From Podarcis erhardii (taxonomy: Eukaryota), in the NCBI GenBank assembly GCA_964252035.1, contig OZ176203.1: a DNA stretch of 64,000 bases; one strand, written 5' to 3'. The notes under the pieces were generated by a model. The model had not been told where the DNA came from. It made no database searches and saw nothing but the letters and a program-made list of their open reading frames with translations. The position numbers were made by a program, and so were the translations under genes. Each line of letters begins with the position of its first letter. The first letter of the stretch is position 1. Shown piece by piece: positions 29,087-43,125 of this stretch.

Positions 29087-30680
29087 AGTTGTCAATACCA
29101 TATTTTTTGTGGGTGTCGGAACATATTTTGGAAAAATACTACTAAGCAATGTAATTTGCCTGTGGGGGGGGGCAGTATAATCTGAAGGATGCAGCAAGTA
29201 ACAGTTTTTACATGTTGTTTAAGAGAATTTGACACTTGATAGCCTTATGCTTCTAGTTTTGCATGCACAGAATCCATTAGTTATACGAATAGGTGCTTTT
29301 TCAATGGAATGTTTGGTCTTTTTTATGACGAGTTCTAGTTTTGTACTTTTTTTCCTATGCTTATAAACACTGTACTTTAGAACTTTAGTTTTTCTCTTTA
29401 ATTAAGCTCTTTTAAAACTAAACTTTGTGGCAAGAATCTCATTTTTGATATTAGGAAAGTACAAATTCTCTAATTTAAGATATATCTGTTGAGACTATGG
29501 TAAGCAATATCAGTGCCAGCTATGACTATGCAAGGAGTGGGTGGTGACAGTAAAAGCATTTGACGCAATCTGTTGCCTCGCTTCTCAAAAGGAGTGGCTT
29601 TTCTTTTAATAAGTTAATAAACGAACTACTTATAAATGCAGTAAGTAGTGGTTGTATAGTTCTTGATACGTTTTGTTTCATAGTTATATTTGGGTTGCTG
29701 CTTTTTTTAAAAAAATGGTTAGCTTTTTGTATTATAAAGTTCACAAAAGTGATTCCTAGTATACAACTGAAAGCAGAAACGGGGCACTTTTTCCTTTTGC
29801 TTTGCTGCAGATATGCATGCTATTTTACCATAGCTCACAGAATGGCATGATGGCACCTTTTTACTATGTACGTGAATTATTTTAAAAAAAACAAAACTGT
29901 TACTCGTTGAAATGTTGTCTGGTCAATATATTTCAGCTTCATGTTTTGTTACTCGTATAACATGAATATATTTTCCTTTTTTTAAGAGGAAAAACACATT
30001 GCTTTAAAATGTTATATATTTCCAGCCTGATGTAGGGGCTGTGGTGTTGTTGTTTTTTAAGCCAAATTCAATGGAAATGCATTGTTTGAAGAGTGAATAG
30101 ATGTATATGCAGAATATGTAGACGTGCACTGCGAACGCTTTGTAATATTACTTTTGTGATTTGGGGTAAAATTGATGGATGAAGAAAGTGTTGAACTAAA
30201 AGCAAACTGTGTGCTTATCTTGTGTTTGTATCTTTTCGTTTCTAAAGGGACCTTTACAAACTGAATTTAAAATAAACAAGCAAACTCCACCTTGCATTTT
30301 AGTTTTGTGTTTTTGTGCAGCAGCAGTATCTGTCTTACGCCTGTCATTTGGCTGCCAGAGCTTTTCAATATGCGGTGACATTAAGTGAACAGTATATTAG
30401 AATTTTGCCTGATGTTGCTAGGGGACATTCCTAATAGGGGTGGAGCCTCCTACTGGAAGGATGAGGCAGATAGCGTTTTGGGGTTTTTTTTTAGTCCTGG
30501 ATAAAACGTAATTCAACCTCTGATTTTGCTATTTCTCACAATTCAGGAGCACGATGGGTGCATTTAGCATTTATCAAGGGGAGAAAAATGAAAAACCACA
30601 GAAACCCCCATTATGAAGTGAAATACTACACAGCATAGTAAGGGACAAAACTGAAATAAAACATAGTGTGACAATGTTAA
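29087..30680 (+). other. ANKRD10: ANKRD10 3' UTR (approximate end)
   Basis: AU-rich, repeat-free stretch after the stop; AATAAA at 30271-30276 and 30655-30660. True cleavage site not determinable from DNA. Confidence 0.6.
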
Positions 30681-31410
30681 GGCATACGGGCTTCAATGTG
30701 GTTCACTAGCGAAAAGTCATCCTGTATACTTAGGACTTAAAACATGTATAAACATATACACACTCAATCTGAGAATCTATTTGGATAATTACAGTTTCCC
30801 ACACTAATTTAATACTGAAATCCCATTAGCATGGCACACATGTAAGATACTACTTCTTGTAATAGTTGTACCTGCTCAAGTATACAGGCTCTACACATTT
30901 AGGACATTGTTTCACAGTTGTCTGATTCACAGGAGCCCCTGCATATGAAGAAGTGCTCGTGCATTGGAATTTCTCTGCAGATAGACACATGCAAGCTCTT
31001 TGCTGTTGCAGGAAGAAATGACAGCAGCAGGGCTAAAAGGTCCTAATTGGCCATCAACATGGCTTGCACATGTGTAGTGCATAGGTTTTTTAAAAAATTA
31101 GTGTGTTCTGTCACCCTTTTTTGGTCCTCTGTATCACTCTTGAAACAAGCAACGTAAATAGCTATCTAGTATATCACTAAAAGAATGCTGATTGGGATCA
31201 TTTCATACTGAGTTTACTCTGTATATTAAAAGGTGAATTCCTTTATCCAAGTGTAGATCCTTACATAACCAAAACAGCACCATTCATGCACAATAGGGGA
31301 AGTAGCAAGCCGGAGGGGGCTGGGGGGTTGCAGTGGGGACCCTGCGTGTTCAATGAGCATGGAATCCTGGTTAACTACTAGGGGTGAAGCAGAAAACCAG
31401 ATAGGTGGAG

Positions 31411-31673
31411 TACCGTATTTTTTGCTCTATAAGACTCACTTTTTCCCTCCTAAAAAGTAAGGGGAAATGTGTGTGCATCTTATGGCGCGAATGCAGGCTG
31501 CCCAGCTATCCCAGAAGCCAGAACAGCAAGAGGAATCGCTGCTTTCGCTGCGTAGCAATCCCTCTTGCTGTTCTGGCTTCTGAGATTCAGAATATTTTTT
31601 TTCTTGTTTTCCTCCTCCAAAAACTAGGCACGTCTTGTGGTCTGGTACGTCTTACAGAACAAAAAATATGGTG
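31411..31673. mobile_element. Tc1/mariner-type MITE (same family as 10827)
   Basis: Highly similar to 10827-11088; starts TA-ccgtattttt. Confidence 0.85.
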
Positions 31674-33138
31674 AATGGAATGGAAGACTGGAGGGTATGG
31701 CTGGCTCCTAAAAACCCTGCACACCTTTTTGTTGCCCGTGGGATGGGCAGGCAGGACTTCTATCTGAGAAGTGGCAAAGAGACTTGCAAAACAGTTAGGA
31801 CCCCCCTCCCTCATGTGACATAATGGTGCCATGTGATTTAATAGTTGGGAAGCCCCAACTACCTGTCAGATTTGGCCTGCAAGGCCTATCCCAATAAGGA
31901 ACTAGCCTGTGGAGCCAAAAACATTCCCAACCCCTGAGATAAGGTGTTGCACCTAATGGGCATAAGTTGTGCTTTTGTTAAGACTAAAGCGTGCTTATTT
32001 AGAAGTAAGTGCTGTGTCAATTTCAATGGAACATCACTAGACTGGTATCAACCCACAATTTTCAGAAGAAGAAACTACCTTTGTGCCAAAATTTCCTGCT
32101 CCCATCTGCGTGAACATATTGAGGAAAGTTTGAACAGGTACTAAAGCATCACACTATAACATAGATCATTTATTATGATCGCCTACCAATGAAAATTAAC
32201 ACACGGTAATCTAAGATTCACAGAGGCACCAGCAGAAAAAAAATGACCACCTGTTTCCTAATTAATTTTGATGAAAGAAAAAATCAACAGCTACCTGTTC
32301 AATAACATAAGAACCATTCATCACTCGAACAGTAAGAGACCAGAGTACAGTTGTTAAAGAAGAATCAGCCTTCCTCTGGATTCCTGACTCCAATTGCAAT
32401 ATTTAAAAAGCATAGCCCACAGACTTCACCAATTCCACAGGGACAAGAAATTCCTCAAGTGGAATTGTGTTAAATTGGCCAGGTAGCAAAACTCAAGGCA
32501 GAACATTCATATGAGTGTTAATGTTATCCTGTATCTGTAAACAGGATCTGGCAGTGCCATTATTTAGAAAACTTCTTTAAAATTGTGGTGAGCAAGACAT
32601 GTCAGATTAAATTCATAGGTGGTGCTAGTCTAGGTTTATTTGCCCTGGATACAAGAGAGCTCAGCTTAATCGTGACCTGCCAACAACAGCAAATTCAATC
32701 ATTTCAAGGCATTTTTTTAAAAAAAGAAACGTCACTTCAAGATACACAGACGCATTCCCCACATAGGACAGTAAGCCTAAAGTCTTTGTAATGAAACTCT
32801 TGAACACTTTCCAGTTGGAAGTTGAAGCTGGTATTCCATGTGGAAATGTCAAAAGTAAGTTCAGCCAAACACTACTTGGTGTTAAAAGCTTGAATAGCTA
32901 ATAGAATAGAATGGCCACTCCATGGGTGGGAGGACCCTAGAGTTGGCTTGTCACCATAAAATGTTATTTTTGCTTTGCTCTGGGCTAACAAAGCACTTTT
33001 GGAAGTCTGTTTTAGTTGCTTCTTGTATATTTGTTTGGAAAGGCCTGGGTTAAAAAGAATTGTAGAGTTGGAAGGAACCCTCCCTGAAATCCTTTTTTTT
33101 TTTTTTTTTTGCACTTTAGAGGTATACGATTGGCCTAC

Positions 33139-33355
33139 GAGACATAACCGGCTGTGTTCTTAGATAAATAAGGTATACTATTCATTGTATCAAATTGTAA
33201 ATTTCAACAGAAGTAACTCATAAAGTTCAACAAACGAACAAAGCAGAAGACCCAGTGGATCAGATCATTCTCTAGTCAGTTCATGCATAAGGTCCATCAT
33301 TTCATACAATGAATAGTATACCTTATTTATCTAAGAACACAGCCGGTTATGTCTC
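33139..33355. repeat. Perfect 52-bp inverted repeat with 113-bp spacer
   Basis: 33139-33190 is the exact reverse complement of 33304-33355. Confidence 0.95.
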
Positions 33356-33404
33356 ATGTGTTTATTGAGGATGCTTTATGTGACCATAGGTTTGTTTGTT
33401 GTTT

Positions 33405-33798
33405 TGTTACGATTGGCCTATAGCAAATACTTGGCCGATTGTTTCAAATCATCCGATTTTCTTCTGAAGCGTTTGGCCATTGCCAATGTTTTCCTTCTCA
33501 CACTCCTTCATTTGAGCTTTTCATTCCACCTGGTCACACCCTCTCCAGCACCAAACCTCATAGCTCTTGGTCTGCAGTCTCCAATTCCTTGGGAAAAACC
33601 CTGGAGAGGAGGGGACTTAAGACGGTTGTGGGGAGGCAGGAACTTTCCATCTTGGCAACTGATCCATGTAGCAAGACCTCCTGGGGGGTGAGCTGCTGTA
33701 CTCATTAGGCCTGACACTCCTGGACAGAAGGTGTTTTTGCTAATAAAGAGTTGACTCCAACTCGCATGGGGTGATTTACTACCGGCTCGCTTCTGACA
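33405..33798 (+). mobile_element. Possible solo LTR
   Basis: Starts TGTTAC, ends TGACA, internal AATAAA near 33742; no clear TSD found. Confidence 0.35.
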
Positions 33799-34038
33799 TT
33801 ACAATAGGGGTGGGCAATCTGTGGTCATTGCTGATGGGCTGAAACTCGTCAGCCCGTTTTCAGTAGGCTCTCCCACAGTTTGTTTCCAAAGATCAAAGTG
33901 GCAGCTGTGTGCGACCAAATCATACTAGAGAAAGAAAGGTACGTGTGTCAACCCCAATTAAAAATTCCCTGTGACCAGTTTGATCTGTGAAGGAACACAT
34001 ACTGGTTGCTCTATGGTTCTTGTATGTTCACCACAGAT

Positions 34039-34275
34039 GAAGAAGAAGAGTTTGGATTTGATATCCCGCTTTATCACTACCCAAAGGAGTCTCAAAGCAG
34101 CTAACATTCTCCTTTCCCTTCCTCCCCCACAACAAACACTCGGTGAGTGGGGCTGAGAGACTTCAAAGAAGTGTGACTAGCCCAAGGTCACCCAACAGCT
34201 GTGTGTGGAGGAGCGGAGACGCGAACCCGGTTCACCAGATTAGGAGTCTACCGCTCTTAACCACTACACCACACT
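34039..34275 (-). mobile_element. Squam3-like tRNA-derived SINE
   Basis: AGTGTGGTGTAGTGGTTAAGAGCGG head, GGTTCG B-box, (TTC)n tail; second copy at 38206. Confidence 0.8.
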
Positions 34276-34707
34276 AGGGAAAATAACTTGTTGAAGAGGA
34301 GGCCATTTTAATTGGGAAAACAGCATAAAGAGAAAAGGATTCCCTTGGTTCCCAGCATAGAGAGAAAAGGGCTCCCTTGGTATTATGGCAGCTGTTGGAT
34401 TTGGTGATCAAATCAGCTTCCATGGAATGCAAGATGGTGTACATAGGGTTCCCAGGAAATCCTGCATCTGTGTCCTGACTGGATTGAGACTTGCTTAGCT
34501 GAAGCAGAGTGTTTTCCTTGGGCTGTTTCTAAAAAAAGAATTCAGAGATCCTAGCCATATATCTGATCTCCCATGTCACAGCTACTTTGACCTAAAGTCT
34601 CTCAATTCTCAGCTGGCAGTACACAACCTGAGTGTTTACAAAGACAATAAGTGTGTGCTTACTCATAATTGTTCTTTGTTATAAGTTAATGCTGTTATGC
34701 TGCATAT

Positions 34708-34719
34708 TATCTATCTATC

Positions 34720-34757
<38 letters not shown>

Positions 34758-34793
34758 ATCTAATCTATCATCTATCATATATCTCTATCTATC
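34708..34793. repeat. (TCTA)n microsatellite, imperfect
   Basis: Directly visible. Confidence 0.9.
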
Positions 34794-34844
34794 CAAATTA
34801 TCAAGTACTTAGCCATCTCATTAATGGCTGTGTTTTATCCAGTA

Positions 34845-35270
34845 TTTTCTCTTTTTTTATAATAATTTTTATTCATTTTCCAAACACATAATAAAGAAAA
34901 ACGAAAAACAAAACAAAAACATACAAAACATTTAAACATGTATAACTTCATAATCTTATTTTCATGCACCTTCTTTCCTTCGACTTCCCCATACCTCCCC
35001 ATCACTGCATCCTTGTTTTACGATTCTTTAGCAACCCTTTAGTCAATTTATCTATAATTCCCTTTCGTTAAGTTTTCTTTAATTTGTTAATTACAGCTGT
35101 AATTCTCTGCTTCTTACCCCTTGACATCTTAACACTCCTCAATTTTACAACAGTTTTTAAGATATATTTTAAATTTCTTCCAGTCCTCTTCCACTGTCTC
35201 CTTCCCCTGGTCGCGGATTGTTTTATCCAGTATTTTCATCTTGTGAACCGCCCTGACATCTTCGGATAAA
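34845..35270 (-). mobile_element. L1-like 3' end fragment
   Basis: Minus frame ...KTIRDQGKETVEEDWKKFKIYLK-stop followed by T-rich UTR. Confidence 0.6.
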
Positions 35271-38205
35271 GGGCAGTATATAAACATGATAATAATACTA
35301 ACTAGATCTCCTCAACCCATCTTGACTGGATGCTCTGCAGCTGGGCTCTCACATCAACTTTCATTCCTTGTGGCTGCTGATCAAATACTCCTTCAAGGTT
35401 GATTTAAGTTCCTTGGGAAATCACTAATTTGATTTCACCATTCTTTCTTATAATGGCTTCTATCTTCTCCTGGTGAAATTGTCTGATTGCTTTTAGCTCT
35501 GTTTACTTTATCTTGGCATGTGCACCGGATCAGTTTTCCACTCCAGTGAGACTTCGGCCAAAGTCGGCTACTCCTCACTTCTCTGAAAGATGAAGTGCGC
35601 TGGAGTAGTCACTACCTGGATAGAAAGGGTGTGTGTGTGAGAGAGAGAGAGAGAGGGCGGGGGTGGGGGAGAATAAGAAAGCACATTCAGTGTAATATCA
35701 GCTTTGCTGTATTTACAAATACATAGCGGAACCTAACGGAAGCAGAACTACAGCAAAACTCCTAATATGGCATCAGTTTCCCAAAGCAACAGTCTAGATC
35801 TGCACACATGCCACACCTACGCAGGCTGCTTCCACCCTAGCTAAATTTAGAGCTCAAAATTATCCAAACTCTGCTTCTGTCCAGTTTCAAAACTGCAACA
35901 GAAGTTCCTCTGCCCCTCTCCCACTGGCTAAAGAGTTTCACATGCCAAAGGGAAGGGGTGGGGGGGGCGTGACATTTCCATCAAGGGCCATTCAAGGTGA
36001 GAGGCCCAATTATATTAATTAAGACAGTCAAATTCATGCCACTATTGAGGCATCTGATCAAGGCCTGTATTTTGAAATGAGCTTAAAGATATATTTGCAA
36101 ATGTTTCATGCCAGGCAGAAACCAGCTGGCTAAGTACTTTGGCAGTTGTTTATCTTCTGAACAAGGGCCCCCCTGATTTATAGCAGTAGCAGGAGACAAG
36201 TTTCTCAAAGTCGTAAAAGGGAATTACAGGCTGGGAGCAAATGTTACACTGACCCTACATATTACAGAATACAATCAAGCTGCAAAAACACTAATTAAGA
36301 GTTGGTAAATAGTAAGATTTATTGTTTAACAGAAAATAATACCATGTGCCTCCCATCAGACTCTAGATACTGAGGGAGTTAAAGGGCAATAAATTTTGGG
36401 GAAGAGCTAATGGGAAAAGCAGCTGGCTGGGAAAGGGGGGTGTAAACTGAAGAGGCTTCTTTTGAAGCTGTTTTTTTACTGAGTTCCTTTTTACTTTGCA
36501 AAGGCCTTTTCTTCTAAAAAGCTATTTATGTTATGTATGAAATTTGTTGGCTTAATGTAATTAGGCAAAGGATTTAGAAAGTAAGAAATGTAAGATTCTT
36601 ATGTTAGATTCTTATTTCATTGATGGTGTGTGAGAATGTGAACCCAAGATCTCTGTTTAGATAGAATTTAATACCATGAGCCATTTGTTTTAGCCATTTG
36701 TTTTGGAATGCAGGGGCAACAGGGGCAAAAGGTGATCTGGTAATTAAGGTGCCTTGTCGAGGCAAATGTAAGATATATGGCTACTTGTCTGCCATTTATG
36801 GATAGAAGGAAATATAGCTCTTTGTCTCCCATAAAAGGTAATAAAAATGGGTGTATCTTTTATGATTGGTTCTAGCAAACAGCCAATAGGAATTTCAACC
36901 AGGCTGATTGGACAGAGGCAGCCAAAGGAGGAGCAAGGGGGCTGGGCTGAGGAAATATAAGTGCTGGCCATCAGGGCTGGAGGGGGCAGAGCCTTGGTAA
37001 CCATATACCACTGTGCCTATTATTTATTTGTCTGGCAAATAAATTATTATTTTAATTTCTCTATTGCTGCATTGAATATTTCATTCCAGCTAAGCGTTAA
37101 CCACAAGCAGGGTGCTACACTATGTTCCCTTTATTACATTCTTTGTTTTCTTATCAGGCTTACCAGTTTGTAGATGGGAGCCTTCAGAGCTATTGTTCTT
37201 GCATACAAAGTTTATGATGGCTTAAATTCCTCCACATAGAGGAAGTTAACCTGTGAGCTAGTGTAGGCACATGGTCCAGCTTCAGCACAGATGAACATAT
37301 TCCAGTTGCCAAGAACTATAGCCTGTCAATGTGGCTGCACCAGGGTGCCTCTTTATGGAGTTTGCAAACTATCGGTAGGTATTCAAATGCTATCATTCAA
37401 AGTCCAGAAAATGAAAACTCTAGTGAGAAGTTTGCATAAGCAACCTTAAATTTTTTAATCTGTTGCAAAAGATTGTGAAATAAAGAAAGTATTATAACTC
37501 CCAACATAATTTCAAGGGTTGTTTTGCTGCAGTCATGCAAGCAAAGAAGTTGTTCCTAACTCTGCACCCCCACCTAGTGGAAATAAAGGGGAAACCATAC
37601 TCTATCCAGTTTTCATCCTAATTCCAGTACTATAGTATATTTTAGCAGTGTTTTTCAAATCTTTTTCTCTGAGCCACACTTTCAGAATATTTCACTGAAA
37701 TGTTTACAAGTTTCTTTGATTGTCCTTGAATCTTCCTGCCACACCCTTTCAGAACCACTGTTTTAAAGTATTCCCCCATTACCAGAACAAATGTGCCTTA
37801 AGCAATTTTATATTTAGCAGGATATTTCTGCTTCCGCTGTTCTAGTGACAGCAATCCTCCATAGTCTTAGAGCCAGGGTAACAGTGCAGCTTTCTGCAAC
37901 TTTCCCACTACAAATTATTTTTTAGCATTTCTCTGGTTTTTAACTCTCAGTTCTTTTTGTTTCGTTGCAATATGGTGATTTCATGGGATATATATTTGTA
38001 TTTGTTCTTAATGTACTTCTAAGCTATCTTCAAATGGTGCGGGGGGGGGGGGCTTGGTCAAGTAGCCCACATATTCACATCCTGCGCAGCCCCATCCTGG
38101 ATTCAGCAACGGGATCTGTAGAGGAGATACCACAGCATTTCTAGCCTGCAGAATGGCATGCTCAGAGGGCAAGTGAAAACATCTGGCAGGAAAGACGTAC
38201 TCTAT

Positions 38206-38446
38206 GAGCCAGTGTGGTGTAGTGGTTAAGAGCGGTAGTCTTGTAATCTGGTGAACCGGGTTCGATTCCCCGCTCCTCCACATGCAGCTGCTGGGTGACC
38301 TTGGGCTAGTCACACTTCTTTGAAGTCTCTCAGCCCCACTCACCTCACAGAGTGTTTGTTGTGGGAAAAGGGGATTGTTAGTCGCTTTGAGACTCCTTCA
38401 AGTAGTGATAAAGCGGGATATCAAATCCAAACTCTTCTTCTTCTTC
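38206..38446 (+). mobile_element. Squam3-like tRNA-derived SINE
   Basis: Same family as 34039-34275, sense orientation. Confidence 0.8.
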
Positions 38447-40170
38447 TATGGTAAAGTAGTGTCAAGAAAGGCAAGGAGAATTTCCCAGCAGGATACTCTG
38501 GTGAAGTGCCTCCAGGAAGTCTTCCTGGATTTGCCGATCCCTGTACCAATGTACTACAAACTATGTAGGACCTTCCAGACTGTTGTGATTTTGGTGTGGA
38601 ATTCAGTCATATCCTAGCCATTTCGGGTTGCACAGTTATAGTGCAATTGCTAGTGAAAACAATTGTGAATACATACGTGCTTCTCCAAAAGACGGGACTT
38701 GTTGCAATAAGAAAAGTGCTGAGGAAATGTACTGGAGAGTGTGGGGAAAGTTTTGCAGAGGGGTGGGAGAGCAGAGCTTCAGTACACTGCATCACTCATT
38801 ACCTCTCCCCATCACTAACAAATCTGGAAATCATTAACAAATCAGTAACAAATTGGGAACAAATCTGACAAAATAATAAAAATTGCAGAACAAACTGTGC
38901 AAAATAAGAGAAACCATGTTTGTCTGTCCAACCTGTTCTGGGACAAAATTGTTCGACAAAATTGTCACACTTCTATAGGCTTTTGAGAACAGATAGGGAT
39001 TCTTCCACTCTAGGTGTGTATGTGTTATAGGTTTTGCTGCCTGCTTAAATTGTAATTTTGCTGTCTGAAACAGCATTTATATATTTCTCCGTTTTCATTT
39101 TGTATAATAAACCAAGCTTTCTTTATTCTTTTTGTGTGGGAACTTCTTGTGGGCATAAGGTTAAGGGTAAAACACATACTGTATTCATAACGGACACTCT
39201 AGCAAAAGAATCTAAACATTAGTGTGTATATTATGACACGTGAGTGCTGGACATGCATGTGAGTTCAAACACATGTGAGTGGTGCTGTTTTGGCTATACA
39301 AGCAACGTCACTCACAGCCCGGGTTTCAGAAATAGATTGAATGATAACTGAACAAAACCTTTCGTCAAAGTGAGGTGATGGAAACAAAACCTGCTTGGAT
39401 GCTAGATGAAAGAAGATCCACGATGCCAATTACCTAATTAGATATGCTTCTCAGAGCAAAAGTTAGAAGGGAATCACACACTTTATAAACAAAACACACT
39501 GTATGAAAGAGAGCTTTAATTAAAAAGGAGAGGGATGTCTGCAGTTCCAATAAATATATTTGCAACCTGGCGGGAACCGTAACAGAAAAGAAGAGAAATT
39601 TGTTGAAGGAAATGTTTTGAAATTGACTTTTGTGAGAGCAAAAGCTGTGAGAGCACGGGGTCTGTTTCCTTTTGAAGCATCTATATACCAATGAATTTGG
39701 AAGGGGAACCAGGGATATTTCCTTGGCTCCCTCTGCCCTTGCAGTTCAGTTAAAGCTCAGAAATGGTGCGTAAGGTGAATCCATGCCTGCCGCCTTTCAA
39801 GTCTGAGGTTCAAGGCCCACTCTGGTTCTGTTTCTGACACTGTCCTCATATACTGAACAGAACTTTTGGCTTGGTGGGCATCCCTTAGCGCCTCCCCAGT
39901 CTCTGGAGACTTTGCTCAGTTTGGAACTAAAGGGTGGGTTAGCCAGGCTTGGTAACTAAAAAAAATAAATGCTGCTCTTGAATGGTACCTAAGTTTGCTC
40001 AAAGCGGCCCCTTAGGTGGTCCCTATGCACCGGCATACAGGCTAATACAGTACAATGAGCTTTTGTGGCTAATATAATATAATGAGTTCAATCACTAGGT
40101 GGTGCTGGACTTTTTTGTATATAGGTGGAGTTAGGTGCTTTCCTCATTCAAGAGAGACAATAAACGCATT

Positions 40171-40408
40171 TACAATGGTACCTCTGGTTACATACACTTC
40201 ATGTTACATACGCTTCAGATTACAGACTCCACTAACCCAGAAATAGTACCTCGGGTTAAGAACTTTGCTTCAGGATGAGAACAGAAATCGTGTAGCAGCA
40301 GCGGCAGGAGGCCACATTAGCTAAAGTGGTACCTCAGGTTAAGAACAGTTTCAGGTTAAGAACGGACCTCCGGAACGAATTAAGTACTTAAACCGAGGTA
40401 CCACTGTA
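40171..40408 (+). mobile_element. Tc1/mariner (Tigger-like) MITE
   Basis: TA-flanked TIRs ca(a/g)tggtacctc / gaggtaccactg; internal ggttaagaac repeats; related copies at 43153 and 49826. Confidence 0.85.
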
Positions 40409-40446
40409 CTAGCTTTCCTGTTTGTTGTGTTCTTCTAAGTTTTCCT

Positions 40447-41360
40447 CTTTTTTTAATTAAATTTTTATTAAGTACAAATTAGAAAACATACATATTTACA
40501 ACAAAAGAAACTACAAAAGAAAAAGAAAATACATATAACCAAGGAAAAAAATTAGAGAATACTTTGTCTCTTTTCATATTTACAGTTATTTATACCTCTA
40601 TAGAATGCTATTCACAATAAAGGAGGGAAATGAAAGATAAGATATCAGAAAAAAGAAGAAAAGAACAAAGAAAAAATAAAGAAGTAAAAGAAAAGCATCA
40701 TAGGTGAAAAATTTTAAAAGTAAATAAGTATTCACTATACATAACCGTTTCCATCTATATTTATATTCAGTTGTATAATTTCATCTTGTCCTTATCTACC
40801 TTAAAAAGTGTTGTTGTTTTTTAAAGACTTCCACCGTTTGCCTCACGCGTTTTTAATAATCCGTTCGTCAGATCCTCTGTTCTTCATATTTTCCCTTTGG
40901 ATTTCCTTAATGTCTCACTTTGTATTTTTTATATTACGCACAAGATTATTCTAAACACAACCAGATTTTTGTAGTCGGGCCCTGGTTTTGTAAATAATCA
41001 TTTAAGAACTCCCATTGCTTCATAACCATGGTTTTGGATTTTCACCTTATTATATCTGTCAGTTTTGCTAGTTCCAGGTACTTGCAAAGTTTCTCCAACC
41101 ATTCTCTTTTTGTTGGGATGCTGTCTTCTTTCCAATAGCTAGCAATCAAAATTCTTGCTGCTGTTGTCACATATAGAAATAAGTTAGTTTTATCTTTTGG
41201 GATATCTTTATCTAGAATTCCTAGTAGATATGTCTCTGCCTTTTTTGTGTGTGATGTCCTTATCAATTTTTTTATTTCGTTGTGGATCATGTCTCAAAAG
41301 GTTTTAATCTTTGGGCAAGTCCACCACATGTAGTATACCATGTGTTCTTCTAAGTTTTCC
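40447..41360 (-). mobile_element. L1 LINE ORF2 C-terminus plus 3' UTR, degraded
   Basis: YYMWWTCPKIKTF*DMIHNEIKK...LFLYVTTAARILIASYWK...EWLEKL...ELAKLT (L1 ORF2 end), followed by T-rich UTR and A tail on minus strand. Confidence 0.8.
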
Positions 41361-41549
41361 ATGAAGATGCTCCTGACCATCTGCCCCTTGCCAGGAGATG
41401 GTCCGTTCCACTCTTTATCTGTTGTAAAAACTGACTCAGGGTCAAAATCACAGTGTGTGCGTGGCATTTCCAGACCTCATTCCCTCATGGATAAGCTTTT
41501 GGGGGGTGGGCTGCTTACCAGTGGGTAGGTGGAGCAAGATGCAAAAGTG

Positions 41550-41745
41550 GGGAAGGGGTGCAGCTCAGTGGTGGAGCATCTGTTTTCCAAGCAGAGGAGG
41601 TCCCAAGTTCAAAACCTGGCATCTCGAGGGAGGGTTGGGAGAGACAGCCTGAAACCCTGGAGTGCTGCTGCCAGTCAGTGTAAACAATACTGAAATAGGT
41701 GGACCAGCTGTCTTGCTTGGTATAAGGCAGCTTCCTATGTTCCTG
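41550..41745 (+). mobile_element. Older tRNA-derived SINE with CR1-like tail
   Basis: gcagctcagtggtggagca A-box, caagttcaaaacc B-box, ggcagcttcctatgttcct tail. Confidence 0.55.
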
Positions 41746-42085
41746 TGTGACTGTTAACCTAGGTTTCTACATGCTCCTTTCTCCAGCTGATGAAATATGA
41801 TCGTCCAAGGACACATTCCTGCCAGACGAAAGCATTTGAGAAGTGCACGCAGCAAGGTCAGGGAAGGATGTCGGTCTGGGCAAGAATGGGACCTAGGAAG
41901 AGTCCAAAGGACAACTAGAAAATCCTGGAGGTTCTCCATTCCTTTGTGTTTCGAAGACACGTTTAGGTTCTGCGAGGGGGGAAATTATTGTATGATAGGA
42001 AATTAACTTATGAAAATATTATGGTTTACTTGGAAATGTCAGCATCAACGAGGCAACCCTTTGCATGCCCTCCAACATTTCCATG

Positions 42086-42087
<2 letters not shown>

Positions 42088-42127
<40 letters not shown>
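42088..42127. repeat. (TAA)n microsatellite at the tail of an L2-type fragment
   Basis: Directly visible; followed by tttataccc...gggcagcttccaaca. Confidence 0.85.
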
Positions 42128-42128
<1 letters not shown>

Positions 42129-42726
42129 TTTATACCCTATCCATCTGACTGGGTTGTCCCACCCATTCAGGGCAGCTTCCAACATATATAAAAAACAGAA
42201 CAAAACATTAAAGAAACATCACCATAGAGGGCGCTCTCCAGATGTCTTCCAAAGGTTGTTTAGATCTCGCCTTGGCTCGGGGATGGGGATCACATAACTC
42301 CATACCTTCCAACGTTTCTCTGATGAAAATAGGGATGTCCTAAGGAAAAGCGGGACATTCTGGGATCAATCAGAAAGCAGGACGGCTTGTTTAAATCCAG
42401 TACTGTCCCTGTAAAATAGGGACATGTGGAGAGCTTGCCTTTGCCGGAGCGCAGGTCATTGTCTACCATTAAATGGTGGAAATGGGGACGCAATTCTCGA
42501 CATTTGCTAAATGTGCCACTGGCCCCTTCCACACACCAGCCCCTTTTTTGGGTTGGGGGGTGTCTTTGGGAGCCCGAGGAAGCCCCACAAAGCATGGCAA
42601 GGGTAGGTGGTGTTGCTAGGACACCCAAGAGCAAAAAATAATGTCCCTCCAGCCAGGAAGTAGAAAAAAAAGACTTACTGCAGTCAGAATCCTCTGCTTG
42701 TCTACGCGCTGAGTTCAATGCAGGTT

Positions 42727-43125
42727 GTTGTTGTTGTTTAGTCGTTTAGTCGTGTCCGACTCTTCGGGACCCCATGGACCAGAGCACGCCAGGCACTCCT
42801 GTCTTCCACTGCCTCCCGCAGTTTGGTCAAACTCATGCTGGTAGCTTTGAGAACACTATCCAACCATCTCGTCCTCTGTCGTCCCCTTCTCCTTGTGCCC
42901 TCCATCTTTCCCAACATCAGGGTCTTTTCCAGGGAGTCTTCTCTTCTCATGAGGTGGCCAAAGTATAGGAGCCTCAGCTTCAGGATCTGTCCTTCTAGTG
43001 AGCACTCAGGGGTGATTTCCTTAAGAATGGATAGGTTTGATCTTCTTGCAGTCCATGGGACTCTCAAGAGTCTCCTCCAGCACCATAATTCAAAAGCATC
43101 AATTCTTCGGCGATCAGCCTTCTTC
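42727..43125 (-). mobile_element. RTE/BovB LINE, 5'-truncated 3' end
   Basis: Open frame KKADRRRIDAFELWCWRRLLRVPWTARRSN...RRRGRQRTRWLD...SRTRLND, (CAA)n tail, 13-bp TSD ttcaatgcaggtt (42714-42726, 43123-43135). Confidence 0.93.

Noticed and set aside
36300-37110. LTR-like segment with CCAAT, TATA-like and AATAAA motifs (similar segment at about 45716-46060)
   Set aside because: No defined TG...CA ends, TSD or second copy could be established by eye.
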